A stretch of DNA of 64,000 nt from a virus: IMG/VR virus record IMGVR_UViG_3300027754_000060, positions 1-64,000 of that record, one strand, 5' to 3'. Each line of letters opens with the position of its first letter. Position 1 is the first letter of the stretch. Both the position numbers and the translations under genes were made by a program. The notes under the pieces are model-generated. The model searched no databases and had not been told where the DNA came from. It saw nothing but the letters and a program-made list of their open reading frames with translations. This document shows positions 1 through 9,700 of this stretch, piece after piece.

Positions 1-740
1 ATGGAACAAGTCCTCCATGCAAGTGTTTTGATGTATGTAGTGATAAAAATTGTCTCAAGTGTGATACTGCTTCTGGCAAATGCGTCAGCCTTCCTGATTG
101 CAAATGTTCAGATGGAACAAATCCCCCGTGTAAATGCCCAGATGGATCAAATGCGCCTTGCAAAGGAGATAAATGTCCAGATGGAACAAATCCCCCATGT
201 AAATGTTTAGACGGATCAAATCAACCCTGTAAGAAATGTCCAGACGGAACAGATCAACCATGTAAGAAATGTCCAGACGGAACAGATCAACCCTGTAAGA
301 AATGTCCAGACGGAACAGATCAGCCCTGCAAATGTCCAGACGGAACAGATCAGCCCTGCAAATGTCCAGACGGAACAAATCCTCCATGCAAGTGTCTTGA
401 TGTATGTGATGATAAGCTTTGTCTCAAGTGTGATCTTGACTCGGGCAAATGTGTCAGCCTTCCTGATTGCAAATGCTCAGACGGATCAAATCCCCCATGT
501 AAATGCCCAGATGGATCAAATGCGCCTTGCAAAGGAGATAAATGTCCAGATGGAACAAATCCCCCATGTAAATGTTTAGACGGATCAAATCAACCCTGTA
601 AGAAATGTACAGATGGAACAAGTCCTCCATGCAAGTGTTTTGATGTATGTAGTGATAAAAATTGTCTCAAGTGTGATACTGCTTCTGGCAAATGCGTCAG
701 CCTTCCTGATTGCAAATGTTCAGATGGAACAAATCCCCCA
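1..740 (+). repeat. Nested coding repeats: 1-127 matches 613-739, ~129-239 matches ~498-608, with 27-30 bp units at ~235-390
   Basis: Direct sequence comparison; the short units encode (K)KCPDGTDQPC. Confidence 0.9.
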
Positions 741-1415
741 TGCGAAGGTAATCCTCCGCCCACGATTCCATTTATTGAAACTCTTTGGACAACTGAGACT
801 GGAAATGTTATCTTTAAAAATAACACAGCTATCTCTAATAGTCTAGCAGCATCTGTTATTACCGCTAAAGATATTCTAGTAAAAGATGTTAGTATTTCTG
901 TATCTGTTAATATTGGAACAGGTTCTTCTGTTGGTATCATAGCGAGATATACTGGACCAGGTGATCAAAATATGTATTATGGAGGAATATCTCGTGATGT
1001 AAACGGATGTATTGCTAGCATATGGAAGAACATAAATGGTGTGTGGACCCAGCTTGCAAGTCGACATATAGACTCTTGTGTTGGAGTTCTCCGTTTTGAT
1101 GTTGTTGGATCAAATCTTTCTCTATATTTTAATAATGAGCTAGTGGTTTCGGTTGTTGACTTTTCAATTGCAGGACCAGGAAAAATAGGGCTAAGATTCT
1201 ATGGAATCGGAGCAACTGCTAATGCGTTTTCTTATCAAATAGCTTGTTCATCAAATAATTCTAGAGGAGCAACTACATTTTGCTCATCGGATACCATTAT
1301 TTGTAATGGAGTAGAAAGTCGCAGAGATCCAAAAAATAACTGCGGGTGCCCATGTATAGATATTCGTCCTTTTGTACCGAAACCCGCATATACTACCATA
1401 GTTAAGGAGCTTTAA
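3..1415 (+). CDS. Cys-rich repeat protein, 5'-truncated by the window edge, with a C-terminal beta-sandwich (ConA/LamG-like) region; probable virion or surface protein
   Basis: Frame +3 is open from position 3 (GTSPPCKCFDVCSDKNCLKC...KCPDGTDQPCK repeats...PPPTIPFIETLW) and runs in frame into the tracked 972..1415 ORF. The track missed it because there is no upstream in-frame ATG. Confidence 0.85.
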   Translation, partial: GTSPPCKCFDVCSDKNCLKCDTASGKCVSLPDCKCSDGTNPPCKCPDGSNAPCKGDKCPDGTNPPCKCLDGSNQPCKKCPDGTDQPCKKCPDGTDQPCKKCPDGTDQPCKCPDGTDQPCKCPDGTNPPCKCLDVCDDKLCLKCDLDSGKCVSLPDCKCSDGSNPPCKCPDGSNAPCKGDKCPDGTNPPCKCLDGSNQPCKKCTDGTSPPCKCFDVCSDKNCLKCDTASGKCVSLPDCKCSDGTNPPCEGNPPPTIPFIETLWTTETGNVIFKNNTAISNSLAASVITAKDILVKDVSISVSVNIGTGSSVGIIARYTGPGDQNMYYGGISRDVNGCIASIWKNINGVWTQLASRHIDSCVGVLRFDVVGSNLSLYFNNELVVSVVDFSIAGPGKIGLRFYGIGATANAFSYQIACSSNNSRGATTFCSSDTIICNGVESRRDPKNNCGCPCIDIRPFVPKPAYTTIVKEL

Positions 1416-1510
1416 GAGATAGTCGAACTCAAGGAATTTATTATTTTAGTTATAGATATAAGGAAAATACGGTATAGCTAATAGCTTTCTCATGCGCAAT
1501 CGACGATTCG

Positions 1511-1522
1511 GGTGTATAATAA
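1511..1522 (+). promoter_or_regulatory. GGTGTA + AT-rich motif, candidate phage promoter
   Basis: GGTGTATAATAA lies upstream of an AAGGAG RBS and the ATG at 1543; the motif recurs in other intergenic gaps. Confidence 0.55.
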
Positions 1523-1542
1523 TATGAAATAAAGGAGAATAT

Positions 1543-1782
1543 ATGGATCAAATATGCGAAGATAAAATTTTATATCATGCAAAAATCAATGTAGATAATA
1601 GGTGCTTAGATTTGCTTCTCACTCAAGAAGACATAGCTATTGCTTTTGAAAGATCTCTTAAAGAAGAAAATAGAAAATATATAGATGTGTCCCAATGTTG
1701 TTCTTGTTGGCCAACTCAAAAACCCCCAGCTTGTAAATTTTGGCAGAAAATTTTTGGAATGTGTTCAAGTTGTTCTTCCTAA
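1543..1782 (+). CDS. hypothetical protein with Cys-rich C-terminus
   Basis: 79-aa ORF with a strong RBS (aaggag). Confidence 0.75.
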   Translation: MDQICEDKILYHAKINVDNRCLDLLLTQEDIAIAFERSLKEENRKYIDVSQCCSCWPTQKPPACKFWQKIFGMCSSCSS

Positions 1783-1806
1783 AGCAATCTTTTGGATTTA
1801 TAAACA

Positions 1807-2145
1807 ATGGTAGCAGATCCAAATACATTAATAGATTTCTGGCAAAATATAGCTCTTGCTGTTACTAGTGTGATACTTACTATGGTTGGATTCTGGTTTA
1901 CTTTTGGTCGCCATATGATTTCAAAATTAGAAGTAGTAGAATTGATATCCCTACATAGCCCATATCTTCAAGATAGACAAACTATTATGAATAGGCTGGA
2001 AGACAACAAAGTTATGCAGCAGGCCTTCTCATCTGCTCTGCAAAAAAATACAGAAGTTATGGGTGAACTTAAAATTCAAATAGCTGTACTAGGTAAAACA
2101 CTAGACAACTTAGAGCGCAGGATAGAAGAAGATGAAGAAGAATAA
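1807..2145 (+). CDS. hypothetical membrane protein (single TM plus coiled coil)
   Basis: Hydrophobic segment [19 protein letters not shown] and a heptad-like C-terminus. Confidence 0.75.
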   Translation: MVADPNTLIDFWQNIALAVTSVILTMVGFWFTFGRHMISKLEVVELISLHSPYLQDRQTIMNRLEDNKVMQQAFSSALQKNTEVMGELKIQIAVLGKTLDNLERRIEEDEEE

Positions 2146-3217
2146 TGAAAATAAAATTAGAGGCTTTACTCTTGTTGAGTTATTGGTAGTAATTGCAATT
2201 ATAGGAACATTAGTAGGACTCCTATTACCAGCTGTACAAAGCGCTAGAGAAGCTGGACGAAGAAATTCTTGTCTTAATAATCAAAATCAGTTAGGAAAAT
2301 CAGTTATTGCTTTTGATGGACAAAAAAAATGTACTCCGGGGTGGCGAAATGATCATCCTAATAGACTTGTCCTATCAAATATATCTTCCTTATATAAAAC
2401 AGTATCTTGGCCCATAATGCTTTTGCCAAATCTAGAAAGAAGAGATGTTTATAGGTTGTGGGAATCTTCTGATATTAATGGTCTTCCGGGTGCTGTTAGT
2501 CCATTTATTAGTATATTTGTTTGTCCAACATCTCCACCTGACTCTCCTGGACAACCAACTCTAAGTTATGCAGCTAATATAGGATCTTGTAGTTATAATG
2601 GGTCAGGATCAGTATCAAGTCCATATACTCAATATAGGGGTGATGGGGTCATGTTAGATAGTGTTGGATTACCATCTAGTAATATAAGTCCATCTAGAAA
2701 TAATTTAGATATAATTAGTAGTGGAGATGGAACCTCTATGACCCTATTATTTTCTGAAAAAAGTGGCCCCTTATATTCCCCCCAAGCATCTTATGATGTT
2801 GTTCCACAAGCTATTAATTCTAATACTAGAATGATTAATTCAATGCTAACTGGTATTTCTTATCCCGTTGGAGGAACGAGCTTGCCCGTTATTCCAGTTC
2901 CAGGATTTGGGGTATTTGAACAACTTTCAGATGTAAAAATAATTAATAGTTTAGATAATAATAGGGCTGGATACTTAGGTCACCCATCTTCAAATCATTC
3001 TGGTGGAGTTGTTGTAACATATTGTGATGGTCATACTACCTTTTTAAAAGACACTATTAGTCCATTAGTTTATACCCATTTAATAACTTCTAGTACTATT
3101 TTTGACAATATTTCTAACTCATATTTATCCAATAGTCCTTGTATTAAAGGCAATTTAGTAGATTCTCCAGGATCATCAATTCCTAGCAGAAAGCCACTAT
3201 CTGAATCTGACCTATAG
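2132..3217 (+). CDS. DUF1559 / prepilin-type N-terminal cleavage-methylation protein with C-terminal H-X9-DG motif
   Basis: [45 protein letters not shown] and [16 protein letters not shown]. Confidence 0.95.
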   Translation: MKKNNENKIRGFTLVELLVVIAIIGTLVGLLLPAVQSAREAGRRNSCLNNQNQLGKSVIAFDGQKKCTPGWRNDHPNRLVLSNISSLYKTVSWPIMLLPNLERRDVYRLWESSDINGLPGAVSPFISIFVCPTSPPDSPGQPTLSYAANIGSCSYNGSGSVSSPYTQYRGDGVMLDSVGLPSSNISPSRNNLDIISSGDGTSMTLLFSEKSGPLYSPQASYDVVPQAINSNTRMINSMLTGISYPVGGTSLPVIPVPGFGVFEQLSDVKIINSLDNNRAGYLGHPSSNHSGGVVVTYCDGHTTFLKDTISPLVYTHLITSSTIFDNISNSYLSNSPCIKGNLVDSPGSSIPSRKPLSESDL

Positions 3218-3243
3218 TATTCCATACAAATAATTGTTTAAAT

Positions 3244-3255
3244 AGTGTATAATCT
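3244..3255 (+). promoter_or_regulatory. GTGTA motif variant (AGTGTATAATCT)
   Basis: Intergenic, upstream of an AAGGAG RBS and the ATG at 3288. Confidence 0.5.
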
Positions 3256-3287
3256 AGTATAATAATCTTTTAATTTAAGGAGAAAAC

Positions 3288-3497
3288 ATGGCTAGACCAT
3301 TTACAGATATTCAAGCAGCAGTTTCGGGCAATCCTGTTAAAAATGGAACCTTGATAACCTCTACGACTTTTACTGGAGAATATAGTCAATCAGATACTTA
3401 TGTTAAACAGTATCCTACTATTGCAACTATACATGATAAGTATGGATATAAATTTTCTAATGGAATTTCTGTAATCGTCTTACCTAGTGGAAGTTAA
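3288..3497 (+). CDS. hypothetical protein
   Basis: 69-aa ORF with a strong RBS. Confidence 0.75.
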   Translation: MARPFTDIQAAVSGNPVKNGTLITSTTFTGEYSQSDTYVKQYPTIATIHDKYGYKFSNGISVIVLPSGS

Positions 3498-3511
3498 TTT
3501 GGGGAATAAAT

Positions 3512-3829
3512 ATGAATATAATCAAGCCAGGATACAAAACAAGTGAATTTTGGTTCACCCTAGCTTCTTTCTTGTGTTCAGGTCTATATCTTCTTGGAGC
3601 ATTAGACAAGACCCAGCAAGATGATACAGCAGAAGTACTAACACATGCTATGGAGTCTATAGTATTAATTAGTGGTCAAACAGCTATTTTTTGGAAATAT
3701 ATAAAATCTCGTAGCGAAGTAAAACAAGCGTTCTGGAATAATTCAAAGGAGAAAAAAAATGTTAGTAAAAGAAGTAATAACAAAAGAAGTCCAAAAACTA
3801 ATAGACCAAACAAAACTATCTCTAAATGA
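3512..3829 (+). CDS. putative holin-like membrane protein
   Basis: KPGYKTSEFW N-terminus, as in small phage membrane proteins, two hydrophobic stretches and a highly basic tail. Confidence 0.5.
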   Translation: MNIIKPGYKTSEFWFTLASFLCSGLYLLGALDKTQQDDTAEVLTHAMESIVLISGQTAIFWKYIKSRSEVKQAFWNNSKEKKNVSKRSNNKRSPKTNRPNKTISK

Positions 3830-4151
3830 TGTTAAAAGAATAGCTCTTAGCGAAGCTTGGAAAATATTACAATTAGCAATTGCTACAGTTATTCAAATAA
3901 TAGAATCTTTAGCAGTGGAATATAGCGGGCCAGATAAAAAGGCTCTTGCTATGGAACTAATTTCTAAATTTTATGATAGTGTTTTTACTATAGTGGATAT
4001 CCCAGTGGTCCCCAATATTTTAGAACCTATTATACATAAGTACGTCAAAGCATTTTTGTTGGTTCTTGTTGGATCAACAATAGACGCAATGGTCACCACT
4101 TTCAGGAATACTGGAGTATTTTCTAGAAAAGTTAAAGTTTCAGAAAAATAA
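3759..4151 (+). CDS. hypothetical protein
   Basis: 130-aa ORF with RBS aaggag; contains a GPDKKALA motif and hydrophobic helices. Confidence 0.75.
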   Translation: MLVKEVITKEVQKLIDQTKLSLNDVKRIALSEAWKILQLAIATVIQIIESLAVEYSGPDKKALAMELISKFYDSVFTIVDIPVVPNILEPIIHKYVKAFLLVLVGSTIDAMVTTFRNTGVFSRKVKVSEK

Positions 4152-4160
4152 GAGGAATAT

Positions 4161-4568
4161 ATGAATTATGCTCAGTCTTTTGAGGAATTTGCAAAGTCAA
4201 CCACATCTTTAGATCTTACTTTATATGCGGGGGTTGGATTAGTTCTATTTGTATTATTTAAAGATAGATTATCCCCAGTCCAATCTTTTTTATTAAACCT
4301 ATTAGAAAAGGTCAAGGCCACCACTAATCAGAAAGTATCTACTAGTATGCCTGTAAAGAAAGAGGTTTTGAAAGAGACCTTATACATGTTTACCTCTCCC
4401 AAAACAAAAGATGAACTGTTTATGTCTCTAGTATCATCATGGAAAGAAACTAGGAATCTTGCTGAACAAAGTGGATGTTCTGAAGCTGTAAAAGTAGCAG
4501 ATCAGATGTTCCCATACTTATCTCCAAAGGGTTGTGAACAAGAATCCAATAAGGTGGTTGTATCATGA
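4161..4568 (+). CDS. hypothetical membrane-anchored protein
   Basis: TM segment LYAGVGLVLFVLF and RBS gagga. Confidence 0.75.
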   Translation: MNYAQSFEEFAKSTTSLDLTLYAGVGLVLFVLFKDRLSPVQSFLLNLLEKVKATTNQKVSTSMPVKKEVLKETLYMFTSPKTKDELFMSLVSSWKETRNLAEQSGCSEAVKVADQMFPYLSPKGCEQESNKVVVS

Positions 4569-5053
4569 ATAAAAATAATTTACTATTAATAGTTGCTGGG
4601 CTATTGATCCTTTTTGGGTTAGGGAATAAATTGGGGATTGTTAATAATACTCCAAATACTAATTCTAGTATTAATTTAAACCTTAGTCCTCCAACTGATC
4701 CAGAGCTTCAAAAACTAACAGATGTTATTGTTGCTTCTTTTAAAGCTGGTAGTAGCGATAGAAAGTCTGATGGTATATTTTTAGCTTGTTTATATAATGA
4801 TATGAGTAATCTTATAGAAGAAGATAGTTCTGTTATTAAAACTACCGAAGAATTAGTCCAGGCTAACTCATTAGCTGCTAAACTATTAAAGATTAATCTA
4901 AAGGGGAAATATCCTGGGTTTTCAGAAGCTGCTACATCTTTGATTATGAAAATAATTGGAGATGATAATGTTGCTCTTGATGAAAAGTCTAGAGAGCAAG
5001 CTGTAAATGCTTTTAGATATTTAGCATGGGCGTGTAAATCAGGAGCAGAATAA
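4565..5053 (+). CDS. hypothetical exported or membrane-anchored helical protein
   Basis: N-terminal signal-like segment LLLIVAGLLILFGLG; ATGA overlap with the upstream gene. Confidence 0.75.
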   Translation: MNKNNLLLIVAGLLILFGLGNKLGIVNNTPNTNSSINLNLSPPTDPELQKLTDVIVASFKAGSSDRKSDGIFLACLYNDMSNLIEEDSSVIKTTEELVQANSLAAKLLKINLKGKYPGFSEAATSLIMKIIGDDNVALDEKSREQAVNAFRYLAWACKSGAE

Positions 5054-5973
5054 TGTCTCATAGTCCTAAAAAACTTTATGAAATGTATAATGGTGGGTTT
5101 ACTGGCTGTTTGTGGGAGCCAGAACATTTTGAAGAATTAATGAAGTCTTTAAAATATCCATTATTCGGTAATGCAGATAAAGATGTTAAAGGTTCTGGAA
5201 AAGGTAAACTATCTACTCCTTTTAAGTCCGTATTACATTTTGATAAAAAGGCTTATGAAGAACGTCAGTCAACAGGTGACTGCACAAGTCATGGAACTCG
5301 TAATGCTTGCGATTTATCAAGGGCTGTAGAAATTCATGTTAATAATGAGAAAGAGTCTTGGATAGCTAGAGGGGCCACAGAAGGAATATATGGGTGTAGA
5401 GGACAAAGTGGACAAGGAATGAGTTGCAGTAGGGCTGCTCAATTTGTTAATGATATTGGAGGGATTTTATTAAGACAAAAATATGATGATATAGATTTGA
5501 CTAAATATAATGGTAATACTGGAGCTGGTTGGGGAGGAAGAGGAGTTCCAAAGGATTTAGTTAAGGTGGCCAGACAACATCAGATAAAAACCACAAGTTT
5601 AATCAAAACGGTAGAAGAAGCTAGGGATGCTTTATATAATGGTTATGGGATTAATGTTTGTAGTAATTATGGATTTAGTAATAATAGGAATGATAAGGGA
5701 ATAGCTAGAGCTCAGGGAAACTGGAGTCATAGTATGGCTTGGACTGCTTGTGACGATACCGGAACCCAACCATATTTTCTAGTTCAAAATTCTTGGGGAA
5801 AATGGAACTCCGGTGGTCATCCAGCATGGGGGCCAATCCCAGATGGTAGTTTTTTAATAGATTCAGATACAGCAGCAGGGATGCTAAATCAAAATGGGGC
5901 ATATGCCTTTTCAAACTTTGATGGGTTCCCGGTGCAAAAATTACCTTCCTATGGATTTGAGGAGTACATATGA
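5053..5973 (+). CDS. papain-like (C1) cysteine peptidase
   Basis: Oxyanion Gln and catalytic Cys in RQSTGDCTSHG, His in WSHSM, Asn in VQNSWG. Confidence 0.85.
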   Translation: MSHSPKKLYEMYNGGFTGCLWEPEHFEELMKSLKYPLFGNADKDVKGSGKGKLSTPFKSVLHFDKKAYEERQSTGDCTSHGTRNACDLSRAVEIHVNNEKESWIARGATEGIYGCRGQSGQGMSCSRAAQFVNDIGGILLRQKYDDIDLTKYNGNTGAGWGGRGVPKDLVKVARQHQIKTTSLIKTVEEARDALYNGYGINVCSNYGFSNNRNDKGIARAQGNWSHSMAWTACDDTGTQPYFLVQNSWGKWNSGGHPAWGPIPDGSFLIDSDTAAGMLNQNGAYAFSNFDGFPVQKLPSYGFEEYI

Positions 5974-6113
5974 GAATTATTAATTATATATTATTAACAA
6001 GATTATTTAAATTATTAACAGGCCTAATAGTCTCCATACTATCTTTATTAGGAGTCAAACAAACATCAGAGCCTAAAAAAAGAAGAAGACTCTTTAAAAG
6101 GAGAGAAGAGTGA
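5970..6113 (+). CDS. small membrane protein (47 aa), absent from the ORF track
   Basis: MRIINYILLTRLFKLLTGLIVSILSLLGVKQTSEPKKRRRLFKRREE; coupled by ATGA and GTGA overlaps on both sides. Confidence 0.7.
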   Translation: MRIINYILLTRLFKLLTGLIVSILSLLGVKQTSEPKKRRRLFKRREE

Positions 6114-6445
6114 AATCTATAATTTTTTTATTATTAACAATTTTTGTATTTAATATCCCACAGGATAGATATAGGCCAACAGCAGCTTTGTGTCTTGCTG
6201 GAGGAATTATAAAGTCTGCTCGTTTGTCTACTCCAATAGAAGCAAAATATAAGAGAAAAGATTGTCCTGTATGTAAGGGTAAAGGATGGTATTTAAGTGG
6301 GGACGGTTTAGCAAAAGTGGAATGTGGTTATTGTATAGCTGATACCGGAGAAGCATCCGCGACACCAGTTGCTCCGATTCCAGTAAAACCCCCAGTTTCT
6401 ACTAAGCCAAAAACTAAATATCCAATAAGGAATTATAGACAGTAA
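6110..6445 (+). CDS. exported protein with a CxxCxGxG...CxxC zinc-finger motif
   Basis: Signal-like N-terminus; CPVCKGKG...CGYC. Confidence 0.75.
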   Translation: MKSIIFLLLTIFVFNIPQDRYRPTAALCLAGGIIKSARLSTPIEAKYKRKDCPVCKGKGWYLSGDGLAKVECGYCIADTGEASATPVAPIPVKPPVSTKPKTKYPIRNYRQ

Positions 6446-6526
6446 GACAGGACCTATTTAGTGGTATTATGGGCAATTTTTATTAAGAATATAGTCCAAA
6501 TGGCCTACTTTCGCATGATAGACTTT

Positions 6527-6538
6527 GGTGTAAGATAG
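6527..6538 (+). promoter_or_regulatory. GGTGTA motif
   Basis: GGTGTAAGATAG in the 265-bp gap before the 1720-aa gene. Confidence 0.4.
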
Positions 6539-6710
6539 TGGAAAGACCTTTCTCGACAAAGGATTTGGACATTTTGTATATTTAAATTAATATTGTCCAT
6601 TTATATTATAACTAAAAGGATAGAAATGATTGAGAAATACTATATTATTGGGCTTAAAAAAAACTCAAACATAAAACCCTTATACCCAGAAGAATGAATA
6701 GGGTTTAATT

Positions 6711-9700
6711 ATGTCACACGATCCAAGCAATACGAACGATTCACACTGTAATAGTGCAAATTTTAATAGTGGAGCTGATTGGAACGGTCAAAATGGAAAC
6801 GTAACAACTGTTGGAACGAATGGAAGTCCAAGTTACTATCTAACATATGATCAAACTGGGAATATAAAGGAATGGAATAACAGCACAATTGACTCTATTA
6901 ACAAAGGATTAAGAGGAGGTAGCTGGGCGGATACAAGCGCCAACCTAACTTCTAGAGGCTCTCAGGATCCAAGAATATCTACGAATGTCAATGGTTTTCG
7001 CATAGCTACCATCAGTAATGAGTATGCCTTTAGCTCATTTGTAGACATAGCTAATAGTGGTAATACTGCTGACTCCACCACGTACGGCGCTGTCTCATAT
7101 AATTATAAAATACAAACATATCCAGTAACCAATACTGAGTATACAGCTTTTTTGAATGCTGTTGCTAGCACAGATACTAATGCTGTGTACTTACAATCCA
7201 TGGGATCCAACGTAGGAGGAATATCTCGCACTGGAAATCCTGGATCCTATGTGTATAGCGTAAGAACTAATATGGGAAACAAGCCCGTTTGCTTTATAAG
7301 CTGGTTCATGGCAGCAAGATTTGCTAATTGGCTCCATAATAATCGAATCAGTGGATTACAGGGTGATGCCACTACTGAAGATGGAGCATATAATCTTGAT
7401 GGAACTACTTTAGTGCCAAAGGATGGATCAGCAAAATACTGGATACCAACAGAAAACGAATGGTATAAAGCCGCGTATTATGATCCCGATAAAAGTGGTG
7501 GTGCAGGATATTGGGATTATGCTACCCAAAGCGATTCCGCTCCAACAGCAGTAACAGCGACTAGTACAGGGGACGGTAGCCTGCCTAGTGTGTGTGTTAC
7601 TCCAACTCCGACCCCAACAATAACTCTAACAAGAACTCCGACTATAACAATAACTCCAACAATAACTCTAACAAGAACTCCGACCATAACAATAACCCCT
7701 TCTGTTACTCCCACCATAACAGTAACTCCAACTATAACTGTCACAAAAACTCCCACTATGACAAAAACTGTGACAAAAACACCTACTATTACTCCCACAG
7801 TTACTAAAACCATAACCAGAACTCCAACTGTCACTAGAACTATAACTCCAACTATAACTATCACGAAAACCGTTACTCCTACAGTAACAAGAACCCCAAC
7901 AATAACCAATACTCCTTCCAAAACTTTTAATCCTCCTCATAAAATAGGACAGCTAATATTTGATCAAAAGATTTATGGCAAAAATGATCTTACTGTGATA
8001 TACAAAGGATTTAAATTAGTCGGAAGCATTAAAACTCCGATAATTGAGGTTAGAGAACCTTTTGACGTAACTCCAACCGTAACACCTAGTATTACTCCTA
8101 CTAACACCCCAACCAATACTATTACTCCTACAGTCACTCCAACAGTGACGATAACTCCAACTATAACTCCCACTAGGACTCTGACTCCAACAATAACTGT
8201 TACCTCTACTATTACTCCAACGGTTACTACAACAAAAACTCCAACAATAACTCCAACTATAAGTTTAACTCCAACTCGGACAATTACCCCAACGGTAACA
8301 AAAACTCCGACGGTAACAAAAACCCCAACTCGAACAATTACCCCAACGGCAACGGTAACTTCGACTATAACTCCAACTCGGACAATTACCCCAACGGTAA
8401 CAAAAACTCCGACGGTAACAAAAACCCCAACAAAAACTCCGACGGTAACAAAAACTCCAACTCGAACAATCACCCCAACCGTAACTGCAACTTCGACTAT
8501 AACTCCGACTCGGACAAAAACTCCAACAACAACAAAAACTCCAACGGTAACAAAAACTCCGACGGTAACAGCAACTCCAACAAAAACCCCAACAATCACC
8601 CCAACTCGGACAATTACCCCAACAATCACCCCAACAATCACTCCAACTCGGACAATTACCCCAACAATCACCCCAACAATCACCCCCACTAGCACCCTGA
8701 CTCCAACAATCACCCCAACAAAAACTCCAACAAGAACGTCAACAATCACCCCAACAATCACCCCAAGCATAACTCCTACGATTACTCCAACTTTAACTAT
8801 AACTCCAACTATTACTTCGACCCCATCAATAACTCCAACAATTACTCCAACGATATCTCTTACTCCAAGTATAACTCCGACAATAACTATTACTTCAACA
8901 ATAACTCCTACTATAACCCCTACCTCAACTCCTACTATAACTCCTACCCTAACTCCCACCCCCACTATAACTCCAACAGTTACTCCAACAATATCTCTGA
9001 CCCCATCTATAACTCCAACAAAATGTATTTCTGGATATGTTTCTAAAAATACTTTTACAGCATTGAGTCCTGGATATTCTTCTCCTGAAACTATAGTTTT
9101 GGATTCTAATAATGAGTATGGATATGTATTAGGATTAGGATCATCAGGATCAGCATCTCACTCTATTATTAATAGAATAAGACTATCAGATAATATTATT
9201 GTTCCTTTTTCAAATAACGCTTCTGAGATATTAATTTTTAATACTACTGGACTAGCCACAGATATTACACTGGGCCCAATGGTTATTGATTCAACAGATA
9301 CCTATCTTTATGTTTTAAGCCCATTTTCGATATATAAAATATCTATAGCTACTGGTATAACCACAAATGTTTTTTATCCACCATTTGGACAGTTTGCTGG
9401 AGACATAGCTATATCAAGTGATAATATTCCCTATATATATGCTTCATTTTTTGGTGGAGGCGTTAGCCCACCTGTAATAAGCACATCTTATCCTTATGTA
9501 GCAAAAATCAATACGTCTACTGGAGCGGTATTTAATATTCTAGTGTCAAAAGACGACTATTATGGCAGCATATCATCGGATCAAAAGAATAGACCAAATG
9601 GATTAGTGGTTAGCAAAGACAATACTCTAGTGTATTTTATACTTCCAAATGGTTATATTTATAAGATTGGAACGGGCTCTTTTGAGTATAGCGCTACTTT

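Noticed and set aside
235-390. 27-30 bp repeats as a CRISPR array
   Set aside because: The units are contiguous with no unique spacers, are multiples of 3, and encode a peptide repeat.
1-940. Tracked short ORFs 1..210, 397..579, 613..846 (+) and 85..387, 350..532, 590..940 (-)
   Set aside because: They are shadow frames of the repeat region. Frame +3 is open throughout and joins the 972..1415 ORF.
6626-6711. Programmed frameshift at the A8 run joining the upstream ORF to the 1720-aa gene
   Set aside because: Both shifted frames hit stop codons before 6711.
6711-7545. FGE/CLec domain as a diversity-generating retroelement target
   Set aside because: No reverse transcriptase and no adenine-mismatched template/variable repeat pair were seen in the window. 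They could lie elsewhere in the genome.
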